A stretch of 64,000 nucleotides of DNA from the NCBI GenBank assembly GCA_963813335.1, contig CAWEYL010000001.1:128001-192000 (forward strand). The letters run 5' to 3'. Below are positions 50,288-61,833 of this stretch, piece after piece. Within the stretch, counting starts at the first letter, position 1. Each line of letters starts with the position of its first letter. The position numbers were made by a program, and so were the translations under genes. This stretch comes from an uncultured Chloroflexia bacterium (GTDB lineage: Bacteria > Chloroflexota > Limnocylindria > Limnocylindrales > CSP1-4). The notes beneath the pieces were generated by a model that was not told the DNA's origin, made no database searches, and was given only the letters and a program-made list of their open reading frames with translations.

Positions 50288-52213
50288 GTGTCAGGCGATG
50301 AGTATCCGCTGGCCGACCACGGCTGGAGCTCCTCCTTTCCAGAGTTTCGTGAGGCCGCGGCGCCATACGTCCGGCAGTCCCTGATCGACTTCTTGAAGAT
50401 CGTTTCGCCCGAGCAATTGCATGCCTGGGATGAGTCGATCCCACCCCTCCAGTCGGAGGTCGGGCAGGTCCTCACCCGCGAACCGTCAGCGACGACGTAT
50501 TCGGCGATCCTCGAATACCAACTCCCGATGGAGCAGCGGCGCCCGGATGTGATCTTCCTGCTGGGCGGCGCCGTACTCGTCCTCGAACTCAAGGGCAAGG
50601 CCGTTGCCGAACTCGCTGACATCGACCAGGCGAGCGCCTACGCGCGTGATCTGCGGGCGTATCACCGCGACTGCGAAGACCGGGACGTGCGACCTGCCTT
50701 GGTTCTCATGCGGGCCCGTGGGCGCCAAGGAACGACAGCTGGGGTCCAAGTTCTTGGGCCAGACGCGATCGATGGGCTGGCCGCGGAGATTGACGGGGAC
50801 CGGCCGCGGCCCGGTCTGACGCGAGAGGAATTCCTTGATCCGGCTGCGTATCGACCGGCACCTACCATCGTGGAAGCAGCGCGCGAGTTGATGGAAAGCG
50901 GAACGCTCCGCCGGATCCATCGCGCCGCCGCCGCGACTGAACCGACCCTCGAGTACCTGGCGGAAATCGCGAGAGAGGCCTCGAGGACCAGGACGCGCCG
51001 ACTCGTCCTAATTAGCGGTCTCCCTGGTACGGGCAAGACGCTCGTTGGATTGCAGCTCGCGCATGCGCGCTTCCTCGATGATCTCGCAGTGCCGCGCGGT
51101 GACGAGAAGCCGACCGCGCCGGCGGTCTACCTGTCCGGAAATGGCCCCCTTGTCGAGGTACTCCAGTACGAACTTCGGGCCGCGGGTGGAGGTGGCAAGA
51201 CCTTCGTCCGGGCCATCAAGAAGTACGTTGACCAGTACTCCCGGCGAGCGAGCCTCGTGCCGCCGGAACACGTCCTCATTTTCGATGAGGCTCAGCGGGC
51301 TCACGACGCAGATCAGGTGGCTCAAGTCCACGGATCCAGTGATGGATTGTCCGAGCCTGAACACTTCATCGAGTTTGCCGAACGAGTTCCGGAGTGGTGC
51401 GTCGTCGTGGGCCTGCTTGGGTCTGGACAGGAAATCCACGTGGGCGAGGAAGCTGGTGTCGGTCAATGGCGCGCGGCGATCCTCGGCTCGACGCAACGGG
51501 GGACCTGGACGGTTCACGCACCACCAACGGTGGAGGCGGAGATGGCAGGCGTGCCGACCCTCGAGGTTGATCCTCGGCTTCATCTCGAGACTGAGTTGCG
51601 GTTTCACCTCGCCCAGACTGTTCATCCATATGTCGAGAGTCTCCTAGCCGACGCGACCCTGGAGGTCCTTCGGGCAACCGCGTTATCCCTGGAAGCCGAT
51701 GGCTACACGCTCCGGGTGACCCGTGACTTGGAGGAGGCCAAGCATTACCTCAGGGACAGATACGACAGCGACCCACAGGCGCGGTTCGGCCTTGTTGCCT
51801 CCTCCCGGGATCAGGACCTCGTCAGATTCGGCATTCCGAATGACTGGAGCTCCACCAAACGTTTGAAGTACGGGCCGTGGTTCGTGGAGGGCGACGATGA
51901 CTCCTTTGGACGGTCCTGCCGCGCGTTGCGGGACTGTGTCACGGAGTTCGGTTGCCAGGGGCTCGAGCTCGACGGAGCACTCATCGGATGGGGGACCGAC
52001 TTCATACGAGAGGGGGGACGATGGACGAACCGTCATGCCCGCTCATATCAAAGGGTGTCGCGGATCCGAAATCCACTGCAGTTGAGGCGAAACGCCTACA
52101 GGGTCTTGCTCACGCGGGCTCGTGATGGGTCGACCGTCTTCGTGCCACCGCTCCCAATCCTCGACGAGACGTTCGCCTACCTGACGGATGCGGGATTCCG
52201 GGCACTCCGCTGA
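50288..52213 (+). CDS. DUF2075/Schlafen group-3-like SF1 helicase with N-terminal PD-(D/E)xK (NERD-like) nuclease domain
   Basis: EY..RRPDVI..VLELKG..Q..YARDL..YH; Walker A GLPGTGKT; YLSGNGPLV; IFDEAQR; TEFGCQGLELD; NAYRVLLTRARDG. Confidence 0.88.
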   Translation: MSGDEYPLADHGWSSSFPEFREAAAPYVRQSLIDFLKIVSPEQLHAWDESIPPLQSEVGQVLTREPSATTYSAILEYQLPMEQRRPDVIFLLGGAVLVLELKGKAVAELADIDQASAYARDLRAYHRDCEDRDVRPALVLMRARGRQGTTAGVQVLGPDAIDGLAAEIDGDRPRPGLTREEFLDPAAYRPAPTIVEAARELMESGTLRRIHRAAAATEPTLEYLAEIAREASRTRTRRLVLISGLPGTGKTLVGLQLAHARFLDDLAVPRGDEKPTAPAVYLSGNGPLVEVLQYELRAAGGGGKTFVRAIKKYVDQYSRRASLVPPEHVLIFDEAQRAHDADQVAQVHGSSDGLSEPEHFIEFAERVPEWCVVVGLLGSGQEIHVGEEAGVGQWRAAILGSTQRGTWTVHAPPTVEAEMAGVPTLEVDPRLHLETELRFHLAQTVHPYVESLLADATLEVLRATALSLEADGYTLRVTRDLEEAKHYLRDRYDSDPQARFGLVASSRDQDLVRFGIPNDWSSTKRLKYGPWFVEGDDDSFGRSCRALRDCVTEFGCQGLELDGALIGWGTDFIREGGRWTNRHARSYQRVSRIRNPLQLRRNAYRVLLTRARDGSTVFVPPLPILDETFAYLTDAGFRALR

Positions 52214-52962
52214 TGCTCGATGACCTCGACCTCGAGTCGCTGCTCATTGGGGCTGGGGAGAGTCCGCCATCGACCCGGATTGAATTTCGAGATCCGATCG
52301 CCCGCCACGGTGCCGAGGGGATCGAGGCCGTTCGGCCCTGGCTCCAAGACCGTTCCCTGGCCGCGTTTGCCATCCGCGTGATCCGTCGGTCGGCTGACTT
52401 CGGTGCTCGTGAGCTGGCGATCGCGGTTCTTCGAGCCGCAATGGCCAACCTGGAAGAGCCCGCCCTCTCAGATTGCCGTGTCGCCCTCGATGGACTTGGT
52501 GTTGTCGCGACGAGGCCTCGGGCGCCACGCTCTGGCCAAGCGGCCGCGGGACCGGTCATGTCAACGAACGATCTCGTTCAAGGGCGGATCTACAGGCGAA
52601 AAGATCTCCATGATCACGGGCTTGGGGGAAACCGACAGAAGGGCATTAGCTACGGAGCCGCGGCCACCGAAGTGTTGCTGCTATCAGATCCAGGGACCCA
52701 CGCCGAATGGGGATACCGGGACACGTGGCAGGGGACCGATAGCTACCTCTACTACGGCGAGTGGAGCGGCTCCGGAGACATGACATTCACGGGCGGGAAT
52801 CAGGCGATCCTCGATCGGTCGCCGGAGATTCACCTGTTCACGAAGACGAGTGGCGGTCACCAATACCAAGGGCGCTTCGCGTGCGAAGGCTGGGATCACG
52901 TGCCCGCCAGTCGGGATGGGCGCCCATGGCAGGCAATCGTATTCAGGCTCGTTCGCGCGTAG
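52213..52962 (+). CDS. Protein with helical N-terminus and C-terminal SRA/PUA-like domain
   Basis: IYRRKDLHD..GGNRQKGIS..GYRDTW..YLYYGE..GDMTF..GNQAI..IHLF..YQGRF resembles SRA-like domains of type IV restriction HNH enzymes; TGATG coupling. Confidence 0.7.
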   Translation: MLDDLDLESLLIGAGESPPSTRIEFRDPIARHGAEGIEAVRPWLQDRSLAAFAIRVIRRSADFGARELAIAVLRAAMANLEEPALSDCRVALDGLGVVATRPRAPRSGQAAAGPVMSTNDLVQGRIYRRKDLHDHGLGGNRQKGISYGAAATEVLLLSDPGTHAEWGYRDTWQGTDSYLYYGEWSGSGDMTFTGGNQAILDRSPEIHLFTKTSGGHQYQGRFACEGWDHVPASRDGRPWQAIVFRLVRA

Positions 52963-53602
52963 GTCCACCGACCACCACGACGTCTAGCCCGCGTCGAACA
53001 GGTCCAGCAGCGTGCTCGCCGGTCGACTGCTTCAGGCCCGCGTCGGTGATCTCGAGGGTCACGGTGTCGTCGTTGGGGTGGTTCGGGTCGTAGATGCGCA
53101 GCTTCCGCGTCGTGCCGTCGTCCGAGTAGCCGTAGGCGAGGACCTGGTGGTTCTGGGTCAGCCCGAACGGGTTCCATGACGACTGCCGGATCAGCCCGAT
53201 GATGCGCATCTTGTCGCCGTCGAGGAAGCCGGTGATCTTGGACCAGTCGCGGTCGACCGCGCGCTCGCCGGGCTTCGGCCGGCGCCACGCCGACAGCGCG
53301 TAGAACCGCAGCGGGACCTTCATCCAGTCGAGCGACAGGACCTGCCGCCGGACGATCGCCTGGAACAGCGGCGAGCCGTTGGCCGGCGGCGTCGTGTCCG
53401 CCGGGATCGGCTTCTTCGCCTCGAACTGCTCGCGGGTGTACCAGCTCATCCCGCCGCACAGCCCGGAGCTGGCGTCCCCGATGCCGACCCAGCGCGGGTC
53501 CAGCGGCCCGAGCTTGACGGTCGGCCCGGGTGGGAACGAGTTCGAGAAGTGGAGCCCGTTGGTGGTCGGCAGGAACCCCGCCACGACATGCGAACCGCTC
53601 AT
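52943..53602 (-). CDS. Hypothetical protein with papain-like Cys-His-Asp motifs
   Basis: FSNSF, GLCGGMS, NHQVLAYGY, IYDPNHP; leaderless TAGGCT upstream. Confidence 0.7.
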   Translation of the reverse strand: MSGSHVVAGFLPTTNGLHFSNSFPPGPTVKLGPLDPRWVGIGDASSGLCGGMSWYTREQFEAKKPIPADTTPPANGSPLFQAIVRRQVLSLDWMKVPLRFYALSAWRRPKPGERAVDRDWSKITGFLDGDKMRIIGLIRQSSWNPFGLTQNHQVLAYGYSDDGTTRKLRIYDPNHPNDDTVTLEITDAGLKQSTGEHAAGPVRRGLDVVVVGGPTRERA

Positions 53603-53679
53603 GGTCGAAGCCTACGCCGACCCCGTCTCGGGCGCGTCTCGCCGCCGTCTCGACGGGTCCCGTGGCGCCGCCATCGACC

Positions 53680-53707
53680 TTGACAGGTCATGATGGGTGA
53701 CTATGAT
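53680..53707 (+). promoter_or_regulatory. sigma70 promoter of the TA operon
   Basis: TTGACA-N16-TATGAT, 8 nt before the ATG. Confidence 0.7.
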
Positions 53708-53715
53708 ACTCAGCC

Positions 53716-54030
53716 ATGAGAACCGTGACGGCGATGGACATGCGCAAGCGCCTCGGCGAGATCCTCGATGCCGCCTCCGCAGGCGAGCGGATCCTCATCG
53801 AACGCGACCATCGACCGCTGGCTTACTTGGTGTCGGTGGAGGATGGGGAGCGGCTGAGCCAGGTAGCCGACGACATCCGCCGCCGCAGGTTGGTCGCGCT
53901 GGATCGACTCGAGGCGTTCGGCAAGGAGATGCGCCTGAGGTATCCGCCGCAGCCTGGCGATCTCGACGCCGTCGCATCCGTCCGGCTGGATCGGGACCGC
54001 GACGAGCCCGGGAGGTCCGGCGATGACTGA
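53716..54030 (+). CDS. Phd/YefM-family antitoxin
   Basis: MRTVTAMDMRKRLGEILD..GERILIER..RPLAYLV N-terminal Phd fold. Confidence 0.88.
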   Translation: MRTVTAMDMRKRLGEILDAASAGERILIERDHRPLAYLVSVEDGERLSQVADDIRRRRLVALDRLEAFGKEMRLRYPPQPGDLDAVASVRLDRDRDEPGRSGDD

Positions 54031-54556
54031 CCTGCCGCCCATCGTGGTGGACTCGTCCGTCGCCATCTCCCTGGTCCGTGACGAACCGAGCGCGGCGCTT
54101 GTCCGACCGTTCATCCGGGAGTGGGCCGAGGCTGGGCGGTCACTCGTCGTGCCGTCGCTGTTCTGGCTTGAGGTCCTCAACCCCCTCGCGCGACAACATG
54201 GCGCTTCGAGCCAGGATCTCCTGAACGCCGTGGACGAGCTGGACGAACTTGCCTTGACCACGGTCGATCCCGACCGTCCGCTGATGCTCCTGACCATCGA
54301 CCACATCGAACGCTACGGCTTGACGGCATATGACGCGCACTACTTGGCGCTGGCCACGCAGCTATCGGCGAGCCTCGCGACCCTGGACTCCGTGCTTGGA
54401 GTCGCGGCAGGCGCCCGCTGGATCGGTTTCGGCGCCGAGCACCGACTGCACGAGACCCCAGCCGTCTACGAACACGACGTCACGTGGCCGAACTACAAGG
54501 GCGCCTCGGCCTACCTGGCGAAGCTCCGTGCGGAGGCGCTCCGGCCCACGAGCTAG
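54023..54556 (+). CDS. vapC: VapC/PIN-domain toxin with C-terminal extension
   Basis: IVVDSSVAI, LEVLN, LTAYDAHYLALA and LATLD acidic PIN motifs. Confidence 0.9.
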   Translation: MTDLPPIVVDSSVAISLVRDEPSAALVRPFIREWAEAGRSLVVPSLFWLEVLNPLARQHGASSQDLLNAVDELDELALTTVDPDRPLMLLTIDHIERYGLTAYDAHYLALATQLSASLATLDSVLGVAAGARWIGFGAEHRLHETPAVYEHDVTWPNYKGASAYLAKLRAEALRPTS

Positions 54557-54591
54557 GCCATACTGGCCGGCGAGCGCGTCAGGAGGGGTCC

Positions 54592-55875
54592 ATGCCGCCG
54601 TTCTTCTGGTCCCAGAAGCAGGACATCGGGCCAAGCCCTCGAGCGGGCCACGCGATGGCCCTCGATGCCGTCCGCAAGAAGATCGTCATGTTCAGCGGGG
54701 TCTCAGGGGACCAGGCCGTCAGCGACACGTGGACATGGGACGGGTCGCTCTGGACGCAGGCGGCCGACACCGGTCCATCGGCCCGCTTCGGCCATGCGAT
54801 GGCCTTCGATGCCGCGCGCGGCGTCACGGTCTTGTTCGGCGGTCGCATCCCCGGACAAGGCCCGCTTGGCGACACCTGGATCTGGGACGGCGAGCTCTGG
54901 ACGCAGGTCGCCGACACCGGTCCCATGGCCCGGTCCGGGCACGCCCTGGCCGACGACCCGGTCGCCACGGCCGTCGTACTCTTCGGCGGGATCGCGGGCG
55001 CGCCGCTCGGCGACACCTGGACGTGGGATGGCGAGCTCTGGACGCAGGTGCAGGACATCGGTCCATCGGCCCGGAGCGGTCACGCCATGGCGCCGATCAG
55101 CGGTTCCGGACGAGCGCTGCTGTATGGCGGCTTCGGAGGCGACGGCAACGGGCTGGCCGATACCTGGCGCTGGGATGGGGCCACATGGACTGCGGTAGCG
55201 GATGTCGGCCCGGGGCCACGGATCGGCGCGACGCTGACGGGCGTCGGGGCGGGCGCGATCCTCTTCGGCGGCGTCGATTCCGTGTCCGCTGGGCCCGCTG
55301 ATCGCTCGGTGCGTGGCGACACATGGCGATGGGATCCCGGGACCTGGACGCAGATCCAGGACATCGGGCCGAGCCCGCGGTTCGGTCATTCGATGGCGAT
55401 GGGGTCGGATGGCGCGCGACTGGCGATCTTCGGCGGGTCGTCGTCACGCGTCGTGGCCCAGGACCCAGACGCCGGGACGACCCTGCTCCGGGATACCTGG
55501 GAGGCGCCGGTCGAGGCAGGCGCGGTGCCGGGTCAACCGGGAGCCGGCGGCGTCGAGGTCGCCAGCGTCACGATCACCGCCGACAACAGTCTGCATACCA
55601 ACGCGGCGTTGCCGGTTGCGATCTCGCTGTCAGCCGCGGTGCCGGCTTCCGTCGCCGTGGAGGTCCACATCCACGCGGGCAACGGCGCCGGCCCGCCGAT
55701 CGACCCTCCGTACGTCGTGTTCCCACCGACGGTGATCGTGCCATCCGGCGTGGCTGTCTACACGTTCCTGCTGTCCGCGGGGCCCGGACTGCCTCCCGGG
55801 GGTGCGCGGACCGTCGTCGTGAACGTCCAGGGAAGTGCCGTGAAGAGGAGCGCTCTGTTCCTCTTGCGCGGCTAG
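54592..55875 (+). CDS. Kelch-repeat beta-propeller protein with C-terminal beta domain
   Basis: About 6 repeats of GPxxRxGHAMA..LFGG..DTWxWDGxxWTQ; AGGAGG RBS. Confidence 0.88.
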   Translation: MPPFFWSQKQDIGPSPRAGHAMALDAVRKKIVMFSGVSGDQAVSDTWTWDGSLWTQAADTGPSARFGHAMAFDAARGVTVLFGGRIPGQGPLGDTWIWDGELWTQVADTGPMARSGHALADDPVATAVVLFGGIAGAPLGDTWTWDGELWTQVQDIGPSARSGHAMAPISGSGRALLYGGFGGDGNGLADTWRWDGATWTAVADVGPGPRIGATLTGVGAGAILFGGVDSVSAGPADRSVRGDTWRWDPGTWTQIQDIGPSPRFGHSMAMGSDGARLAIFGGSSSRVVAQDPDAGTTLLRDTWEAPVEAGAVPGQPGAGGVEVASVTITADNSLHTNAALPVAISLSAAVPASVAVEVHIHAGNGAGPPIDPPYVVFPPTVIVPSGVAVYTFLLSAGPGLPPGGARTVVVNVQGSAVKRSALFLLRG

Positions 55876-56765
55876 GCCATCTCCGCGCCGGACGCCCGGG
55901 CCGCGGCCGCGAACATCTCGATCGGCTCGTCGCTGTCGGCGCAGCCGGGGACCAGGGTCATGACCCGGTCGACGCCGAGCGCGGCGTAGTCGGCGAGCAG
56001 CTGCTCCACCACGGCCTGGTCCTTCGACATCCCTTCGCCCCAGATGTGGACCGACAGGGCGAGGGTGTCGGGGTCGCGGCCGATCTCCTCGCACCGCGAC
56101 CGGATCACGGGGAGTGCCTCGGCGACGTCGGCCGGCTCCATCCCGTCGACGTTGAGCTCGTCCGCGTACTTCGCGGCCAGCCGCCAGGTCACGTTGGGCC
56201 CGTTGCCGCCGACCATGATCGGGACGCGCGGCTGCTGGATGGGCTTCGGGACGTTCCGTGCGTTCTTCACGCTCGAGTAGTTGCCGGAGAAGGTGGCGTG
56301 CTGGTGCTTGTCGCCGGCCAGCATCGCGGTGATGACGCCGAGGTCGTCGCCGAGCCGCGCCAGCCGCTCCCTCGTCTCGGGGAAGCCGTAGCCGTAGGCG
56401 TCCCACTCGTCGCGTTTCCAGCCCGCGCCGATGCCGAGGTCCATCCGCCCGCCGCTGATGGTGTCCATCGTCGAGATCATCTTCGCGGTGAGGGCGGGAT
56501 TGCGGAACGCGGTGCAGATGACGATGTGCCCGAGCCGGACGCGCGTGGTCAGCGCGGCCAGCGCGGAGAGCGACGTGAACGACTCGAAGGTGATCTCGTC
56601 GGTCGGCCGCGGGACCGTGTGGAAGTGGTCGAAGAGCCAGACGGACTCGAAGCCGAGGCGCTCGGCCAGGGCGGTCACCTCGGTCGTGCGCTGCCATGCC
56701 TTGAGCGAGTCCCACCCGTCGTAGTCGCCGGTCCAGCCCTGCGGCGCGATCACCCCGACCTTCAT
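55872..56765 (-). CDS. LLM-class (probably F420-dependent) oxidoreductase
   Basis: [51 protein letters not shown]. Confidence 0.92.
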   Translation of the reverse strand: MKVGVIAPQGWTGDYDGWDSLKAWQRTTEVTALAERLGFESVWLFDHFHTVPRPTDEITFESFTSLSALAALTTRVRLGHIVICTAFRNPALTAKMISTMDTISGGRMDLGIGAGWKRDEWDAYGYGFPETRERLARLGDDLGVITAMLAGDKHQHATFSGNYSSVKNARNVPKPIQQPRVPIMVGGNGPNVTWRLAAKYADELNVDGMEPADVAEALPVIRSRCEEIGRDPDTLALSVHIWGEGMSKDQAVVEQLLADYAALGVDRVMTLVPGCADSDEPIEMFAAAARASGAEMA

Positions 56766-57820
56766 CGTCCGGCCTCCAGGTCCAGGAGCAGTTGGGCGAG
56801 CTCGAGCGCGTTGGTGGCGCCGTAGTTCGCGTAGCAGTTGTTGAACAGGACGTGGGTGTCCTTCGCCTGCCCGGCGGTCTCGCGGACCCGCGGCGCCCAC
56901 TCGGCCAGTTCGTCCCGATCGTACAGGTATCGGAAGCGCTCGACGGTCTGGATCCCCTGCGCCTCCCAGGTCGCGGTGCGGCGACCGTGGAAGCGCACGA
57001 TCGCGAGGTCCGGCGAGGTCGCGGCGACGACCGCCGGGACGCTCGACTTGAACCCCTGCGGCCCGTCGACGATGACCAGCGGGATGCGCCGGTCGGCCAG
57101 GAAGCCGAGCGTCCGCTCGAGGTTCTTCTCGTTGAACCACGACGCGCTCCGGAACTCGACCGCGCCGGTCATCCCGGCCTCGGCGAGCCGCCCGACCGCC
57201 TCCTCGATGGCGTCGCGGTTCTCCGACGAGGTGTAGAACCAGCGCGGGTACTGGAGCAGGATCGAGCCCAGCTGGCCAGCGTCCTTGAGCGGCTCGAGGC
57301 CGTCGGCGAACCAGGCCCACACGTCGTCGCGGAGCGCGTCCGGCAGGTCCTTGGCGTACAGGCGCGGCTTGATGGTCAGCTCGGCCGGGAGCGCCTCGCG
57401 CAGGTCCTTCGGCAGCCGCTTGGTCTCGGTCGGCTGCCCCGTCATCAGCGCGTGCGCCTTGACGTCGAACGTGAAGTCGGGCGGCGTGCGCTCGACCCAG
57501 AGCTCGGCCGTGCGCCGGGATGGGAGGGCGTAGTAGGTCGCGTCGACCTCGACCAGCGGGAAGCGGCTCGCGTAGTAGCCGAGCCGCTCCTCGGCGGTGT
57601 CGGCGTCGCGCGGGTAGAACACGCCGGCCGCCGTCATCGTCGGGTCCGTCCACGACGCGGTGCCGAGGCGGACCGTGCCGTCGCCGATGGTGAACGGCTC
57701 CGCGGCGACGTCGGGCGGGAGGTCGTGGATCCGGTCGCCGGCCGCGTCGGGCCCAGGATCGTGGGCCGGGTCCAGGTCGGGTGCGTCGGTGCGGACCAGC
57801 GCGGGAGACGCCTTGGGCAT
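56762..57820 (-). CDS. DUF72 (YecE-like) family protein
   Basis: [49 protein letters not shown]. Confidence 0.92.
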   Translation of the reverse strand: MPKASPALVRTDAPDLDPAHDPGPDAAGDRIHDLPPDVAAEPFTIGDGTVRLGTASWTDPTMTAAGVFYPRDADTAEERLGYYASRFPLVEVDATYYALPSRRTAELWVERTPPDFTFDVKAHALMTGQPTETKRLPKDLREALPAELTIKPRLYAKDLPDALRDDVWAWFADGLEPLKDAGQLGSILLQYPRWFYTSSENRDAIEEAVGRLAEAGMTGAVEFRSASWFNEKNLERTLGFLADRRIPLVIVDGPQGFKSSVPAVVAATSPDLAIVRFHGRRTATWEAQGIQTVERFRYLYDRDELAEWAPRVRETAGQAKDTHVLFNNCYANYGATNALELAQLLLDLEAGR

Positions 57821-57855
57821 GCCGCTATGGTGCCGCGTCGACTCCGGTCGTGCTC

Positions 57856-59587
57856 TTACGCGCCGTGGTCCCACCCGGGCTGCCGTCCGGGACCCGGGGG
57901 CGGCATGGCGGGCAGCGACCACGTGGATCCGGATGATCGTGGGCTCGATGCCGACGGCCGCGAGCGAGCCGTGCTCCGGGGTGACGATGTCGAGGACCAG
58001 GAGGTAGTCGCCCGGCGCGCTCGGCACGGGCAGCGCGAGGACGGCGTCGGTGGGCGTGTTCGGGGCCAGGCCGGGGGCCAGGTCCGTGCTCACGTCGTGC
58101 GGGACCGCCGGGGCGAGCAGGTCGAGCGGGACCCAGTGGCCGATGATCGACGCGGCCGATGCGGGGTCGGTGCCGGCGGCGGCACGGCCCCACGGCGACG
58201 TCCCGAGGTTGACCGCACCGATCGGGAGCTGGACCGTCGTGCCGGCGGCGAACGTGGCGCTCGGGGCGACGGCGAGCGCGCCGTCGAGGTCGCCCGTCAC
58301 CCGGACGACGACGGTCGGCAGCATGGCCTGCGTGGTGGCATCGAAGGCGACGCCGTCGGCGTCGTGGAGCGTGATGGTCAGCCGGTAGTGGCCGGGCGTG
58401 GTCGGCAGGGCCGCCGAGAGCGACATGGTCTTCTGGCCGATGGCGAGGTCGGTCGGCGAGACCACCTGGCCCGGCACCTCCGGCGTCACGAGCGCGAGGT
58501 CGCCGGCGGGGATGGGCGGGGGCGTCGGGCTCGGCGTCGGATCCGGCGGGGTGGTGGAGACGGTATCGATGCGGGCCCAGCGAAGGCTGGCTTCGAGCGC
58601 CGCCGGGAGGCGTCCCCGGTCGCCGATCCTGAACGGGAGGCTCAGCTTCGTGGTGGTGCCTGCCGTCGTGGCGATCGAGAACCGCGGCGCGCCGAAGCTC
58701 AGGCCCGTCCCGAGCAGGCTGGCCGGGCCCGGGTCGACGAAGGCGTGCGAGACGCTCGCCGATCCGCGGGCGCCGGCGCGGACGTCGGCGGGCACGAGCC
58801 CGGCCTTCAGGACGATCGAGCGCTCGAAGCCCGAGTCCGCGCTCTTGGGATCCATCTGTGCGAGGAAGCCGGGGTTGCGGGCGCTCTCGAACGCGAACGC
58901 ATGGCCGTTGGCGCTGGGTGCCGCGCGCCAGGTGGAATCGATGGACTTGCCGCCGCCGAGGACCGCCTTCACGTAGCCGGCGGGGCTCGCGTACGCCTCC
59001 GCGATGACCGCCGACGCGCCGGCCGCGATGAACCCGGCGGCGAAGTTGTCGACGCGCTGCTCGGCGATCGCGAGGGTGCCCTCGGCGAGGCCCGGCTCGG
59101 ACAGGCCGCTGGCGTAGCACAGGTGGTGGAGCAGGACGACCGCGTCCTTGGCCAGGTGGATGGAAGCGGCGATCCGCCCCTCCCCGTAGTACTGATGCGT
59201 GGCGTCGTCCCCGCCCGCGGACGGGTTCAGGCCGAAGCCGTCCTGGGTCGGCGGGTAGAGCGAGTCGCGGTACGGGCTGGGCCAGCCGTTGCCGTGGCCC
59301 ATGTACACGACGAGCGACGCGTCCTGGAGCGCGGCCCTGACCGCCGTCCACGTGGCGTTCGGCGAGTAGATCTCGGTGACGTCCGGGGTGTACCGGCGGG
59401 CGACAGCCGCGGCCGCCCTCGCCTCCGCGCGGTAGCCGTCCGTGGCGCTGCCCGCCGGTCCGACGATCAGCACGACCTTGGGGACGGGGGCCGTCCGGGC
59501 GGCGGTCGCTCCCGGCGCGACGAACCCCGCCGACGCGAGGACGCCGGCGGCGACGAGCGCCGCAAGGATCGAACCCGGCCGTCTCAC
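57856..59587 (-). CDS. Secreted protein with caspase/gingipain-like (clan CD) His-Gly...Cys motifs and Ig-like C-terminal domains; stop probably lost by an indel near ~57915
   Basis: Signal peptide, [30 protein letters not shown]; GGAGG RBS; nearest plausible stop is TAA at 57856 in the adjacent frame. Confidence 0.65.
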
Positions 59588-59761
59588 GGTCGACGGCTAC
59601 CTCCGATGACAGCCTCCCACCTTTCGGCGGAGGAAGGGGAGCGTACTTCCGTTCGACGGGACCCGACCATAGTCGGTTGCCCCTATCCACCGCTTATCCG
59701 GCCGATAGCGGTGCGACGCGTCACCGCCGTGCGCGTCACCGCCGTGCGCCACACTGCGACC

Positions 59762-61829
<2,068 letters not shown>

Positions 61830-61833
<4 letters not shown>

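Larger units (their letters stand above)
49940..52975. mobile_element. Compositionally atypical island (probably horizontally acquired; no integrase seen)
   Basis: Visibly more A/T at third codon positions than the flanking genes; contains three co-oriented genes. Confidence 0.55.

Noticed and set aside
54720-55400. DNA-level direct repeats (GACACCTGG..TGGGACGGCGAGCTCTGGACGCAGGT)
   Set aside because: Explained by Kelch protein repeats within one CDS.
56762-59587. 941-aa fusion of a secreted protein to DUF72
   Set aside because: DUF72 has its own ATG with a leaderless -10, the linker is junk-like, a plausible stop lies in the adjacent frame, and a secreted-cytoplasmic fusion is implausible. 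Probably an indel.
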